Assembly: GCF_021028975.2 (NCBI RefSeq) | Contig: NC_059440.1 | Span: forward strand, 10,974,001-11,038,000 | Length of the DNA stretch: 64,000 nt | Direction: 5' to 3' | Source: Sphaerodactylus townsendi | Taxonomy: Eukaryota | Shown here: positions 10,801 through 21,200 of the stretch, one piece after another | Position numbering within the stretch: the stretch's first letter is position 1 | Layout of the letters: every line of letters starts with the position of its first letter | Made by a program: the position numbers and the translations under genes | The notes under the pieces: generated by a model | Database searches by the model: none | Told to the model about the DNA's origin: nothing | The model's input: only the letters and a program-made list of their open reading frames with translations

Positions 10801-13800
10801 AGCAAAGGCAGGACGTTGAAGCAATGAACAACCCTATCTTTAGCCTCCCAACACATTGCAGGAGGCATAGTCAGTTTTCTGTGACCGCTCTGGAGGGGGG
10901 AGATAGGTGGCAGGTGCCTCCCAACTGGGCACAAGGAACACAGCTTGGCGCCAGCATCAAAATAAATTGGGGTAGGATTTAGCTGACATCCAACATTGTT
11001 TGGAGTCTGAGTTTAGGATTGTATTGTAGAGCATGGGATGAGCTTAACACACTTTGACCTGCAGCTTCCAGAAATACAGAGGACTAAAAAGCTTCCGGAC
11101 ATCCCCGTGGGATCCCAATGAGAATTTGCCCAGGGACTATGCCCGCATCTTCCAGTTCCAGGATTTCTTCCAGACCAGAAAGCACGTCTTCCGACAGCTG
11201 AAGAAAGAAGAGGACGACGGAGTTGCAGTAGGTGCTTCCTTTCTGAGTTGAGGCCTAGTTGCACAGCCATCCCTTCCCTTCCCCATAGCCACAAGGGGTA
11301 GCCTTGACTTAGCATGCTGAAAAGGGGGGACTTGAAAGGGAATTGACTCAGTTTGGCTGCAGCTCCTTGCTTCGGCAACCGATAACAAAGATGTTGTTGG
11401 CCACCCATGAACACTGCTTGCTGAAGGCCAGAGAAAAGTTGGTATGAGATTTCCTTCCCACGACCAGGAAAATCTGAGCAAAATATGCATAAGAACATAA
11501 GAAAGAGCCTGCTGGATCAGACCAGAGTCCATCTAGTCCAGCACTCTGCTCCTCACAGTGGCCCACCAGATGCTTTTGGGAGCTCACATGCAGGATGTGA
11601 AAGCAATGGCCTTCACCTGCTGCTGCTTCTGAGCACCTGGTCTGCTAAGGCATTTGCAATCTCAGATCAAGCAGGATCAAGATTGGAAGCCATAGGTCAA
11701 CTTCTCCTCCATAAATCTGCAAAATGAGAAATGTAAACTGGCATTGTATGTCCAGCTTGCTAAAGAACCAGTATGGTGCAGTAGTTACGAGCAACAGACT
11801 CTAATCTGGAGAAGGAGGTTTGATTTCCCACTTCCCTATGTGAAGAATGATGGGTGACCTTGGGTCAGTCCTCTCAAAACTCTCAGCTCCACCTATACCT
11901 ATACCACAAGGTGCCTCTTGTGGGGAGAGGAAGGGATTGTGATTGTAAGCCACTTTAGACTTCTTAAGGTAGAGAAAAGAGGGGTATAAAAACCAGCTCT
12001 TCTTCTTTGTGGCTTTCAGCAAACTACCAAGCTTTTATTCTCCAAGGATCTCAAGAGCTTTGTAAGGCACGCTGCTTTGCAGGGCGTCCTCTTCATCTGG
12101 GCTTGTTCTCGAGTCTTTTAGAAGAAGGGGAAGGGCTTCAAGTGTCTGGGCTCTTCGCACGTTCAGCCCACTTATTCGCAAAACAAAAAGAGTTTTTACT
12201 TCTTCAGCTGGTGGGAGGAGACTTTCTGAATTCTCCTCCTTTGTTGGCAGACACTACCTCCCTTCCCCGTACTCACTGCTTCTTACAGTTAAGTGCAGCT
12301 TTTCATCCACTGTGCTGTTGTGTCTCCTCTGCCTGCCTGTCCTTTCCCCAGGTTGGCCGTTACGTGACCCTTCACATTTGCAACGCCCCAGCCTCCGTGG
12401 TGGAGAGTTTCCAGCAGCGGGTGCCTCTGGTGCTCTACGAACTGCTCCCTTATGAGCAAAAGGTGACTGGAACGCCCGTTTAGTGGGGGGGGGGGGGGGG
12501 AAATTGCACCTCTTTCCTCCATGTAAGAAGGGGAAGCCAGTGATGAGTTTTCTCCACAATGTCTGAACCTGTCCGATGTCTCCTGACGAGCCTTTGTTGG
12601 CCTGAGGTTTCCCTCGCCTGTGCAGGGGTGTGTCTGGACCACCGTGCTGGCGGGGAGGGCTCAGGCTTCCTTCTGGTTTTCCTTCCTATTTGCAGATGTC
12701 TGTGCTGAATCTCCTGGTCAGACGCTTCGCCAGCTATACCGAGCCTATTCAGGCCAAGGAGGAGGTGATCGTTCACTGTGGATTCCGCCGCTTCCAAACC
12801 TCGCCGCTTTATTCTCAGCACAGCTCAGGTGGGGGAATTTTGCTCTGCAGCCCAAGATTCTGGTGCGAGGCCTCTCCATTTGGGAGGGAGGGGAAATGTT
12901 TTTGTGATAAAAGGGCCCATAACCCAGCATGTCGAAGTCGCAGGATTGATCTCTGGTATCTCTAGTTATAGGAGTAGCAAGAGTCTCTAAAAGCAAAAAG
13001 GACTATTTGGTGCACTTCTGCTCACAGAATAGGAGGTTGGCCCATGAGGATTGTGCCAGGTTGGGAGTTCTAGTAGGATTGCAATTGGAAAAGCATCTCA
13101 GACAATGTGTGTTTCAGCGAAGGCACCTGTAGAAGAGCTCTCCTCACCCTTCCCTGAAGCCGGCTCAGAAGGGGGGCTTTGGCTCACAGGACAGCTACAG
13201 GGCCTCTAAACACATCATTTCGTTCCCTTAGGATCCAAGCACAAGCTGGAGAAGTTTCTGCGGGCTGATGGCACCACCATGGCTACCCTGTATGGCCCCA
13301 TCACTTTCCCACCAGCTTCTGTGTTGTTCTTCAAGCAGAAGAGTGACGGTGAGTCAGGCTTTCGAGGTTTGGCTTTCTCCCCAGGTGAACTTACTGCTCT
13401 GGGGATTAGCTGTGCTGCAAAACCAGAAGACTGAGATCCTGTGTGGTGGAAGGGCAGAGTAATGGATTTAAACCCCGAAACCCTGAAGTTCATTGGCTGA
13501 CCTTGGTCAAGCTGCAATTAATTCATGGGGTAGTGGCGGAGGTTTAAGGGGGAGGAAGCTTGCATGTCACCATGTCTTCCTTTGAGGATGTAATATAATA
13601 GCTGTGCAGCTGGTTGTGGCTAACTTCTAGTAGCGCCTTCTCCAGGTGGAGCCTCCCTTTTTCTTAGGGTCATCCATTGGGATGCTCTGCTCTTTGTTCC
13701 CTGTTAATGAATGAACACATTTGTTGTGAGGGGGGTGGGGTTGAGAAAACAGGGCCTTTCCAGTGGTGGTATATCTTGGTTGAGAAAACAGGGCCTTTTC

Positions 13801-16363
13801 AGTGGTGGTATATCTTGGTTGAGAAAACAGGGCCTTTTCAGTAGTGGTATCTCCTGGGGAACAGTCTCTTCAAACAAGCCTATCTAGCATGTCATTCTCT
13901 ATTAGCAAAGCGTGTAACTTGCTCCATTGGTGGTGTTGGCATCCTCTACAGCAGGGCTAGGTGGTTCCTAGCTCACGCCAACAACAGCACATCAAAACAG
14001 TTTGCTTGGCACTCAGCCGAGTGTGGAACCAACTGAGGCTCTGGTAGCATGGCTGGTGCCAGTGATCTAGGAAGGCATGGCTTGTGCCCATTGTTGCCTT
14101 TCAGATCCGTACAGGCTACCAGCCAAGGCTAATGCCACTGCTGGGACTTGGCTTGCTCCAGGTACAAACCCAGTGTCTCTCTCCTCACCAGCTCTTTTTT
14201 TGTTTTGTTTCTGATTTAGCACCTTCACCCAGTAAACATGGCATTTTTCAGCACTTGAGCCAAAAAGGTTGATCCATCTCTTGGCTTTTGTAAAATTTAT
14301 TTCAGGTTTGGGCTGGGACTCGCATACAATGCATTGCAACTGGCTAGCTTTGGCTCTTTCCATGTTGAACAGGCTGCTAAACAGGTAGCTTACACATGCA
14401 ATAAATGATCATAAAGCTTGTAGGACTCCTCACCCCAGTCCTAGCTTGTTGCTGTCCTTGTAACTTCTGCTCTGTCATCTTGTAATATCTCTTTTCTCCC
14501 TAGGATCACATGACCTTCTGGCCACAGGTTCGCTGCACAGCGTTGACCCCAGCAGGGTGATCCTCAAAAGGGTGGTGCTTAGCGGCCACCCTTTCAAGAT
14601 CCATACAAAGATGGCCGTCGTGCGCTACATGTTCTTCAACAGAGGTACAGGTCATGAGGGAAGATTCCCCAGGGGTCCACAGTGCAGCCTTGGCATGCTT
14701 AGCACAGCGACAGGAATTTTTTTTAGTCTTGTTTGGTCAACAGACTGGGCACAGCCCATATGCTATTCTGGTTGGCCTCAGGTGGCTTTAAAAGTAAGAT
14801 CCCACATGTGCATACACACCAGCCTGTCACCCCTTTGGGAGGCAGTGCTGGAGTAAAAGGCTAGTTCTGTTAGCATGGTGCTGTTGCAATTTCATGAACT
14901 CCCATCAGTGGTTCAGAGGCCATGACGGGGAGGACCCACGGGGTAGAACAAGCTGATGATGATGAAGAAGAAGAGTTTGGATTTATATCCCCCCTTTCTC
15001 TCCTGCAGGAGACTCAAAGGGGCTTACAATCTCCTTGCCCTTCCCCCCTCACAACAAATACCCTGTGAGGTAGGTGGGGCTGAGAGAGCTCCGAGAAGCT
15101 GTGACTAGCCCAAGGTCACCCAGCTGGCGTGTGTGGGAGTGTAGAGGCTAATCTGAATTCCCCAGATAAGCCTCCACAGCTCAGGCAGCAGAGCGGAGAA
15201 TCAAACCCGGTTCCTCCAGATTAGATACATGAGCTCTTAACCTCCTATGCCAGTGGTGGCGAACCTATGGCACGGGTGCCAGAGGTGGCACTCAGAGCCC
15301 TCTCTGTGGGCACGCGCAAACAGAGTCGCCCCCCCCTCCACACACATCTAGGCTGGCCTGGGCCGCTGGGCTTGATTATTAGCATTAAACCAAAGACCTA
15401 GTTTTGAGGAAGCAGTGTAGGTAATCCTGTTAAGCACTGTTAAACCCCACCGGTTTTCATGCGAAGAACTAAAGCACAATCTGTATTGTCAAAGAACTAA
15501 AGCGTGATCCTTTACCTGGAAGTAAGATCAGTTGTTGGCAATGGGGCTTGCTTCTGAGTAAACCATCCTAGGATTGTGATTTACCCGTTGGAAGAGTTGC
15601 ACGGTTGCTTCAAAGCAAAGCCACTGACTTCCACCAAGCTTACTCCAGAGTAACACATGCCTCGGAGCCAACCATTTTTTCTAAACAAAAAACTCAGTGT
15701 TCAGGTTAAATTGCTGTGTTGGCACTTGCGATAAATAAGTGGGTTTGGGGTTGCAATTTGGGCACTTGGTCTTGAAAAGGTTCACCTTCACTGTCCTATG
15801 CCACTGCTGCTCTTTTTTTCTATGAGAAGTGCCTGGGTTTTGTATGCAAGAGGAAGAAATTATCACAGCACCCAGCCTGCTTAAGTTTTTGGAAAAATCT
15901 GTCTATACATGCACACAGCCTGGGCAGTTGCAGAGCATGAAGAGCTGTATTCTGGATGGCAGGCACATGGTAGTATCTAATGATGTGCGTGGTGTCTGCT
16001 TCCCTCTCATCCTTCTCTTTCTGCCTACAGAGGATGTGTTGTGGTTTAAGCCTGTAGCACTCCGGACCAAGTGGGGTCGGCGGGGGCACATCAAAGAGCC
16101 TGTGGGTAAGTGGGCTGGGTTGGTGGATTTAATCTAGTAGAACTACCCCAATTACTTGGCTAGCGGTTTATCACCTCTCTTCTCTGTTGCCAGGTACACA
16201 TGGCCTGATGAAATGCCAGTTTGATGGACAGCTGAAGTCCCAGGACACAGTTCTGATGACTCTGTACAAGCGGGTCTTCCCCAAATGGATATATAATAGC
16301 CATGTTCCTGGACTGTGCGAGATAGGAGAGAGTGCCCTTTGCCATGAAGAGGAAATGAACTAG
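4540..16363 (+). CDS. TSR1: Pre-rRNA-processing protein TSR1 (40S maturation factor), 806 aa. Exons 4540-4654, 6308-6411, 6793-7009, 7095-7229, 7766-8190, 8345-8504, 9586-9755, 10323-10507, 11065-11227, 12352-12462, 12696-12828, 13232-13348, 14504-14644, 16031-16105, 16194-16363
   Basis: All 14 introns GT-AG, frame preserved (2421 nt). Hallmark peptides [96 protein letters not shown]. Confidence 0.98.
5277..5986 (+). mobile_element. Rex1/Babar-type LINE, 5'-truncated 3' end, in TSR1 intron 1
   Basis: ORF end [34 protein letters not shown]...[20 protein letters not shown]...NSFF is the Rex1/Babar RT C-terminus; 3' UTR ends AATAAA + (ATTCT)n. Confidence 0.85.
6448..6719. mobile_element. Penelope-like element with inverted pLTR (fold-back) in TSR1 intron 2
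   Basis: Arms 6448-6564 and 6567-6688 are near-perfect reverse complements; hammerhead-like core on each strand; possible TSD gagctgRaac (6441-6450 / 6722-6731). Confidence 0.85.
8982..9120 (+). mobile_element. CR1 LINE 3' end fragment
   Basis: gtggagtctccttctttggaggtttttaagcagaggctg...tcttccaactctatgattct is the CR1 3' terminus. Confidence 0.8.
11488..11720 (-). mobile_element. CR1 3' UTR fragment
   Basis: cataagaacataagaaagagcctgctggatcagaccagagtccatctagtccagc; same family as 40563-41104 and 61570-62083. Confidence 0.8.
11765..12006 (+). mobile_element. Squam3-like SINE (older copy)
   Basis: tRNA-like head ggtgcagtagttacgagc...ggtttgatttccc, body gggtgaccttggg, CTT tail. Confidence 0.75.
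12531..12613 (+). ncRNA. SNORD91: C/D box snoRNA, SNORD91 family, in TSR1 intron 10
   Basis: Terminal stem GGGAAGCC/GGTTTCCC; C box GTGATGA 12540-12546; guide AATGTCTGAACCTG 12558-12571 complementary to 28S rRNA CAGGUUCAGACAUU; D' CCGA 12573-12576; C' TGACGA 12584-12589; D box CTGA 12602-12605; human TSR1 hosts SNORD91A/B. Confidence 0.9.
13739..13850. repeat. 39-bp tandem repeat, ~2.9 copies
   Basis: ggttgagaaaacagggccttttcagtggtggtatatctt at 13739, 13778, 13817. Confidence 0.9.
14964..15811 (-). mobile_element. Squam3-like SINE interrupted near its 5' end by a hAT element
   Basis: SINE body 14964-15250; last bases cactgctgc resume at 15802 after the insertion. Confidence 0.85.
15251..15793. 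mobile_element. Non-autonomous hAT (Charlie/Buster-like) element
   Basis: TIRs CAGTGGTGGCGAACCT / AGGTTCACCTTCACTG; perfect 8-bp TSD TCCTATGC. Confidence 0.9.
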
Positions 16364-16563
16364 AAGCAGCCTGGCTTCATTTGCACCCTTACTGTAGAGG
16401 GAATTTGAGAGAAGGGTTGCTCTTTGGTGGTTCTAAAGAGCTCACAGCTTTATGGAGGGTTGGGAATGAGGTGGTGGGAAAGAACCCTACCTTCCTTTGT
16501 TCTTATGCAGTACTTCTGAGGGTCTGGTTCCTTCCTACAGGTGCCTTAACATTATATTCAGTG

Positions 16564-16569
16564 AATAAA
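16564..16569 (+). terminator. TSR1 polyadenylation signal AATAAA
   Basis: First AATAAA ~200 nt after the stop codon. Confidence 0.7.
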
Positions 16570-16770
16570 AAATTATGCATTCTGTTATGAGTAATCATCT
16601 CTCTCAGACATGGGCATAGCGAGGGGTACAGGAGGGGACTTGAGCCCCAGGCACTCCTTGAGGATACAGGCATCCCATCCTGCCCAGAATCCAACATGAT
16701 TTTTGTGGCATATCTCTTTTCTCACCTGCTCAAGGGGCCGGGGGGGAGGCGGTGGTGGTGGTAATAATAA

Positions 16771-16980
16771 ACAGCAATGAGGTGGGTACCTCCTGATGCC
16801 AAAAGACAACGTGTAGCATCAGGAGGTTCCCACCTTATTGGAGAATATTCAAGCAAGACCTGAAGGCACTGAACGCTACATGGGAAGTGACTGGAACACT
16901 CATCCAAGACTGGAACTCCTGGAGAGCACTTGTTGTCTGATGTACTACTGAGCATGGGAGGATCTAACTAAATCAATAAT
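16771..16980 (+). mobile_element. Degenerate RTE-clade LINE 3' fragment
   Basis: Conceptual translation TAMRWVPPDAKRQR...FKQDLKALNATWE...DWNSWRALV resembles an RTE ORF end; followed by (AAT)-rich tail. Confidence 0.55.
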
Positions 16981-17579
16981 AATGACAACAGTGATAATCA
17001 TGACTAGTGAATGCATGATAAATAGTGATAATAATTATAACTGATTATAATGGAATGGAATTTTTAATTTGTATAACGCCCTTTCCTGAAGGGCTCCAGG
17101 GCGGTGAACATCACACAATAATATATAACAGTAATACATAGCAAATACAATGCATCAAAACAATAAATTCAACATAGCAACAATATACAATCTCAAAAAC
17201 TCTTAACATTATCAAATATCAGTATTAATAATGATGGTAATAATAAAAAGTGAATTCAGCTAGTGCCAGTGGGGTGGTCCTGACCTATTGTTGTAAGACC
17301 TCCCCTGGAAAGATTTTGGGATACATAAATACCCTTTCCTGCTAAGTCAGAAGCACCCAGATTGGAGGGGAGCCAGGAAGGGCACTTTTGGGTTTCTAAA
17401 GCTGCCTCCGTTGGCGCCCCCCGAGCTGGCAGACTGCAACCGGGGTGGGGAAAAGCATTGGCATAAAGGGGTGTGTGCCAAATGCGCCCTCCACAAGGGA
17501 GCCAGCACAAGAGGGGGGCACCCGAATGGAGGGTAGCTGACAGGCGGCCTCTGCAGCAGCAGCAGAGGGTGGGAGCCTG

Positions 17580-18220
17580 GGGGTGCGGGCACAAGACAAG
17601 GCCATTCCGCTGCTCCGGCTGGGGCGACCCTCTGCCACGTGCGGGTTGCCTGGATTCAGTGGGCACGTCCGGAAAGGTTACGCGTTTTCTCCTGTTGGTT
17701 CCCTCTGAGGCCCCGTACCCGGCGCTAGATTTGTCCTCCCGCTCTTCCGGCAATCAGCGCGTTCGGCCAATGAGGCGACAGTCCTGGGAAGTGCGGCCTA
17801 TCAGTATGCAGAGCCGAAAGGGGGCGGGGTAGTTCGGCCACTTCCGCGTGGCGTCATGGCCGGCGGCTGCTTGAATCTGTGGCGGGAGGAGAACGACGCG
17901 CTGGTTCGGCGCTGGCGGAGGAGCCCGCAGAGGGTAGCCCGGACTCTGCCCCGAGGAGCGCGCCTGGCTCGGCCGGGGGGGGGGGGGGGGGGGGTCCTTG
18001 AGGGCTGCGGGGCTGAGCTTGGCGCTCATTCCCGCTGGGCTCAGAAGAGCCGGAGGCGGGTTGTGTAGTCAATAACCGGCCTGATTCTGACCCGACTCTT
18101 TTGTAGGTTCCGACGTTCTCCGGATCAGAGGCCCGCTCGGCTGGGGAGTGGCAGGCAGCCTTCCGCAAACTGCTACAGAAGATCCAAGGTAGCGCCAAGG
18201 GGCGAGGAGCGAGCAGAAAG
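17580..18220 (+). promoter_or_regulatory. FANCG CpG-island promoter
   Basis: CpG-dense; CCAAT at 17767, GC box GGGGCGGGG 17821-17829, ETS site ACTTCCG ~17840, immediately upstream of ATG 17856. Confidence 0.75.
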
Positions 18221-21200
18221 ATCCCTGCTGGAGAGCTGCTGGGCCAGAGCAGGGGTCCATGTAGGCCAGCAGCCTCTTCTACACCTGGGCCAGTGAGAGG
18301 CCATAGAGGCCAAGGCCTTCCCCTCCTGTCATCTGAGCAGGAGGTTTGTTGCCTCTGCATACAGAGGTCCATTTTCGTCACCATGATTGGTGGCCACTGA
18401 TGCCTCTGTCTACTCCCCTGTTAAACTCATCTCTGGCCAGTTTCATCGTGATTCCATTGTGTGGAAATGAGATTTCCATCTGTGGAAATGAGATTTCCAA
18501 ACATCAGCAGTAACCATGTGCTGCAACTGCGGGTCATAGAACCAACCAGAGGGGGGTGGGTGTCTTGCTCTTGGTTCTGACCTCTCTGCGCTCCCCTCAA
18601 GACCTCGTGAGAGATTTAGAGTTTGGTGCACCACTTGGGGACTGTGACCAGAATGCTATTAAGCATAACATTAGCATCTTTGGAAAGTTCCCCCAAAGTC
18701 CCTGACAGTATCATTTTGTTTCAAAATAGGGAACTGTATAAAAATGAGGGGAATAGTTAAAAGGGAACTGGGGGGAAAACACACATAAGAGGGTCAGATC
18801 CCTAAAGGATGCTTGGAAGCTATTTAACAGCCCACTAATATAGTAGAATGCATTCTCCAGGTTAGAAAAGCGCTGCCTAGTCGAAAAGAAGGCTTGCATG
18901 GTTAACACAAGCCATAAAAAGCAAAAAGGCCTCTTTTAAAAAGTGGAACATTTGCACCAATGAGGTGAGCAGATGGGACCACAGGTTCTGGCAAAAGAAA
19001 TGTGAGTTAGTCATTCGGCATGCAAGAAAGGAATTTGAGGAATTGGTAGCTAAAAGCACCAAGACAAACAATAACTATTTCTGTATCCAGAGCAGGAAAC
19101 CAGGCAGACAAGCAGTTGGGACTTTGGATGACCCAGAATGAAAGGATTGGTAGAGAATAATGGGAAGGTGGTAGAGAAGCTCTCGCTCTCTCTCGCTCTC
19201 TCTTTTTGCCCCTGTGTTCACTGTGGAAAGTGTGGGGCATATGTCCAGGCCACGGCCGCTATTTTCAGAAAAGGAGTCTGAAGAACTGAGTCAAATTATG
19301 GTGACCCGAGATGAAAATCTACAATTGGGGAAAATAGAAATCAGTAAGTCTCTAGGCCCTGATGGCATTCACCCAAGAGTTCTTAGGGAACTCAAACATA
19401 AGAATATTGATCTACTAACCCATGTATGCAACCTGTCGCTAAATTCAGCCACTGTAACAGAAGATTAGACAGTAGCAAATGTTACACTGATCCAGAGAAG
19501 GGTCCAGAGAAGAACCACATTTTTTATAGGTCAGTTAGCCTAACTTCTTTCCCAGGCAGAAGGAAAATCAGCACAGCTTCTGCAAAGTGAAGTCCTGCCT
19601 CAGCAACCTTGTGGAGTTTTTTGAGAAAGTGATCGAACATGTTGGTAATGGTGATCCAGTGGATGTGATATACTTGAAATTTCCAAAAGCTTTTTACAAG
19701 CTACCTCACCGCGGACTCCTGTGTAAACTTCAAAGACACGAGATGAGAGGATGGGTACTTGTGATTATACAAAAGAAAGCAAAGAGTAAGAATGAATGGA
19801 CTTCCAGTAGAGTGAAATAAGTCGTAGGGCCCAGTGAGGCCCCTTTTAGATCACTCAGGATGGACTTGGTCTCTGTTGTTGCAGGGCTCCCAGCTGTGCT
19901 TCCTGCTCTGCCACTGGAGCTGACCATTCTCTGCAATTCCCTGCTCTTTGATATTGGTCTGTCCTGTGACTCCAGTGAGCAGTTATTGGCAAGGATAGAT
20001 CATGGCCTCAACAGAGGTAAGGCTTACTCATATTGTCTGAAGAACAGGATTATGGGTGCCTGGCTTTCTTCAGAGCCGCTGGCACGTAGGGCCTGGAGAA
20101 GCCTCACTTTCTACTTTCCACATCTGTCTGTAAGCAGCAGATTCAGCTGTGGTCCCTGTGAGCATAGCACAAGCTGGACCATGACATTTTTCTACCCCCA
20201 CCCCCCGCGCCTTGAAAGGAAAACAGACCTCAGCAGGCCTTGTCCCTCTCTCCTAGTTCTGGAAGCTCATGCTGTTCCTGGACAACGGTTCACCCCAGTG
20301 GACCTCTGGCAGAAAGTGCTCCATCAGGGGGTCTCTGAAGAGCTGCGGGGCCCTCTGCATCAGTTGGCTGCCCTGCAGGGCTTGCTTTGGCTGGCAGCAA
20401 ACCGCCTGGGAGAAGCAGAGGGCCTATTTCAACATCTCTGCAGTGCCGAGGTAGTGTGGAACCATTCTAGTATCTTGCCTAGTATCACAATCCAGGCATT
20501 GCTCAGTCCTTTCCTTTTGGCATAGCCTTGTTGTCACAGCTTGGAACATGTAGCACACCCTCAGGCTTTTTTTTCTGCAGCAGTGGCATGGTTAAGAGCA
20601 GGTGCATTCTGATCTGGAGAACCAGGTTTGATTCCCCACTCTGCCTCTTGAGCTGTGGAGGCTTATCTGGGGAACTAGGTTAGCCTGTGCACTCCAACAC
20701 ACACTGGCAGGGTGACCTTGGGCTAGTCACAGCTCTTCAGAGCTCTCTCAGCCCCACCCATCTCACATGGTGTTTGTTGTGGTGGCGTGGAAGAGTTAGG
20801 GACATTGTAAGCCCCTTTGAGTCTCCTTACAGGAGAGAAAAGGGGAGGGGGATAAATCCAAGCTCCTCTTCTTCCTGCAGTGGGCTGTTGTGTGAGAACA
20901 ACTTAAATTTCAGGAAGGCCGTTTCTCCAAGCCTCTGGCCACATCCTATGCACCCTGAGGGCCTGAGACTGTGGAGGAAGATTTGTCTTTATAGGGTTGG
21001 GGCATGAAGAGAAGCTCCGTGCTGAAGCAGCTGCCTCTGTTAAGCTGTGTTGCTGGCACAGAGTGCAAGGGAGCACCCCCCTTTCCTTGGGGACCTCCAA
21101 TTGCTCTGTCTCTTGGCTGCCCTGCCATTGACTTGAAATGTAGGGGTTAAGAAAACTGGAGTAGCTCAAGAATTTGGCTGGTCTCAGGAGTGCCACTTCA

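Noticed and set aside
13739-13850. Direct repeats as a CRISPR-like array
   Set aside because: Head-to-tail minisatellite without spacers, in eukaryotic DNA.
16722-16955. Minus-strand ORF containing ASGG as an SRR remnant
   Set aside because: The region is better explained as an RTE LINE fragment on the + strand; no other SRR similarity.
17861-17876. CDE/CHR-like GGCGG..CTTGAA near the FANCG start
   Set aside because: Lies within coding sequence and the spacing is off by one; cannot be supported.
17974-17994. Long G homopolymers (also ~12485, ~43481) as functional G-quadruplex elements
   Set aside because: Simple homopolymers, common in this window and error-prone in length; no evidence of function.
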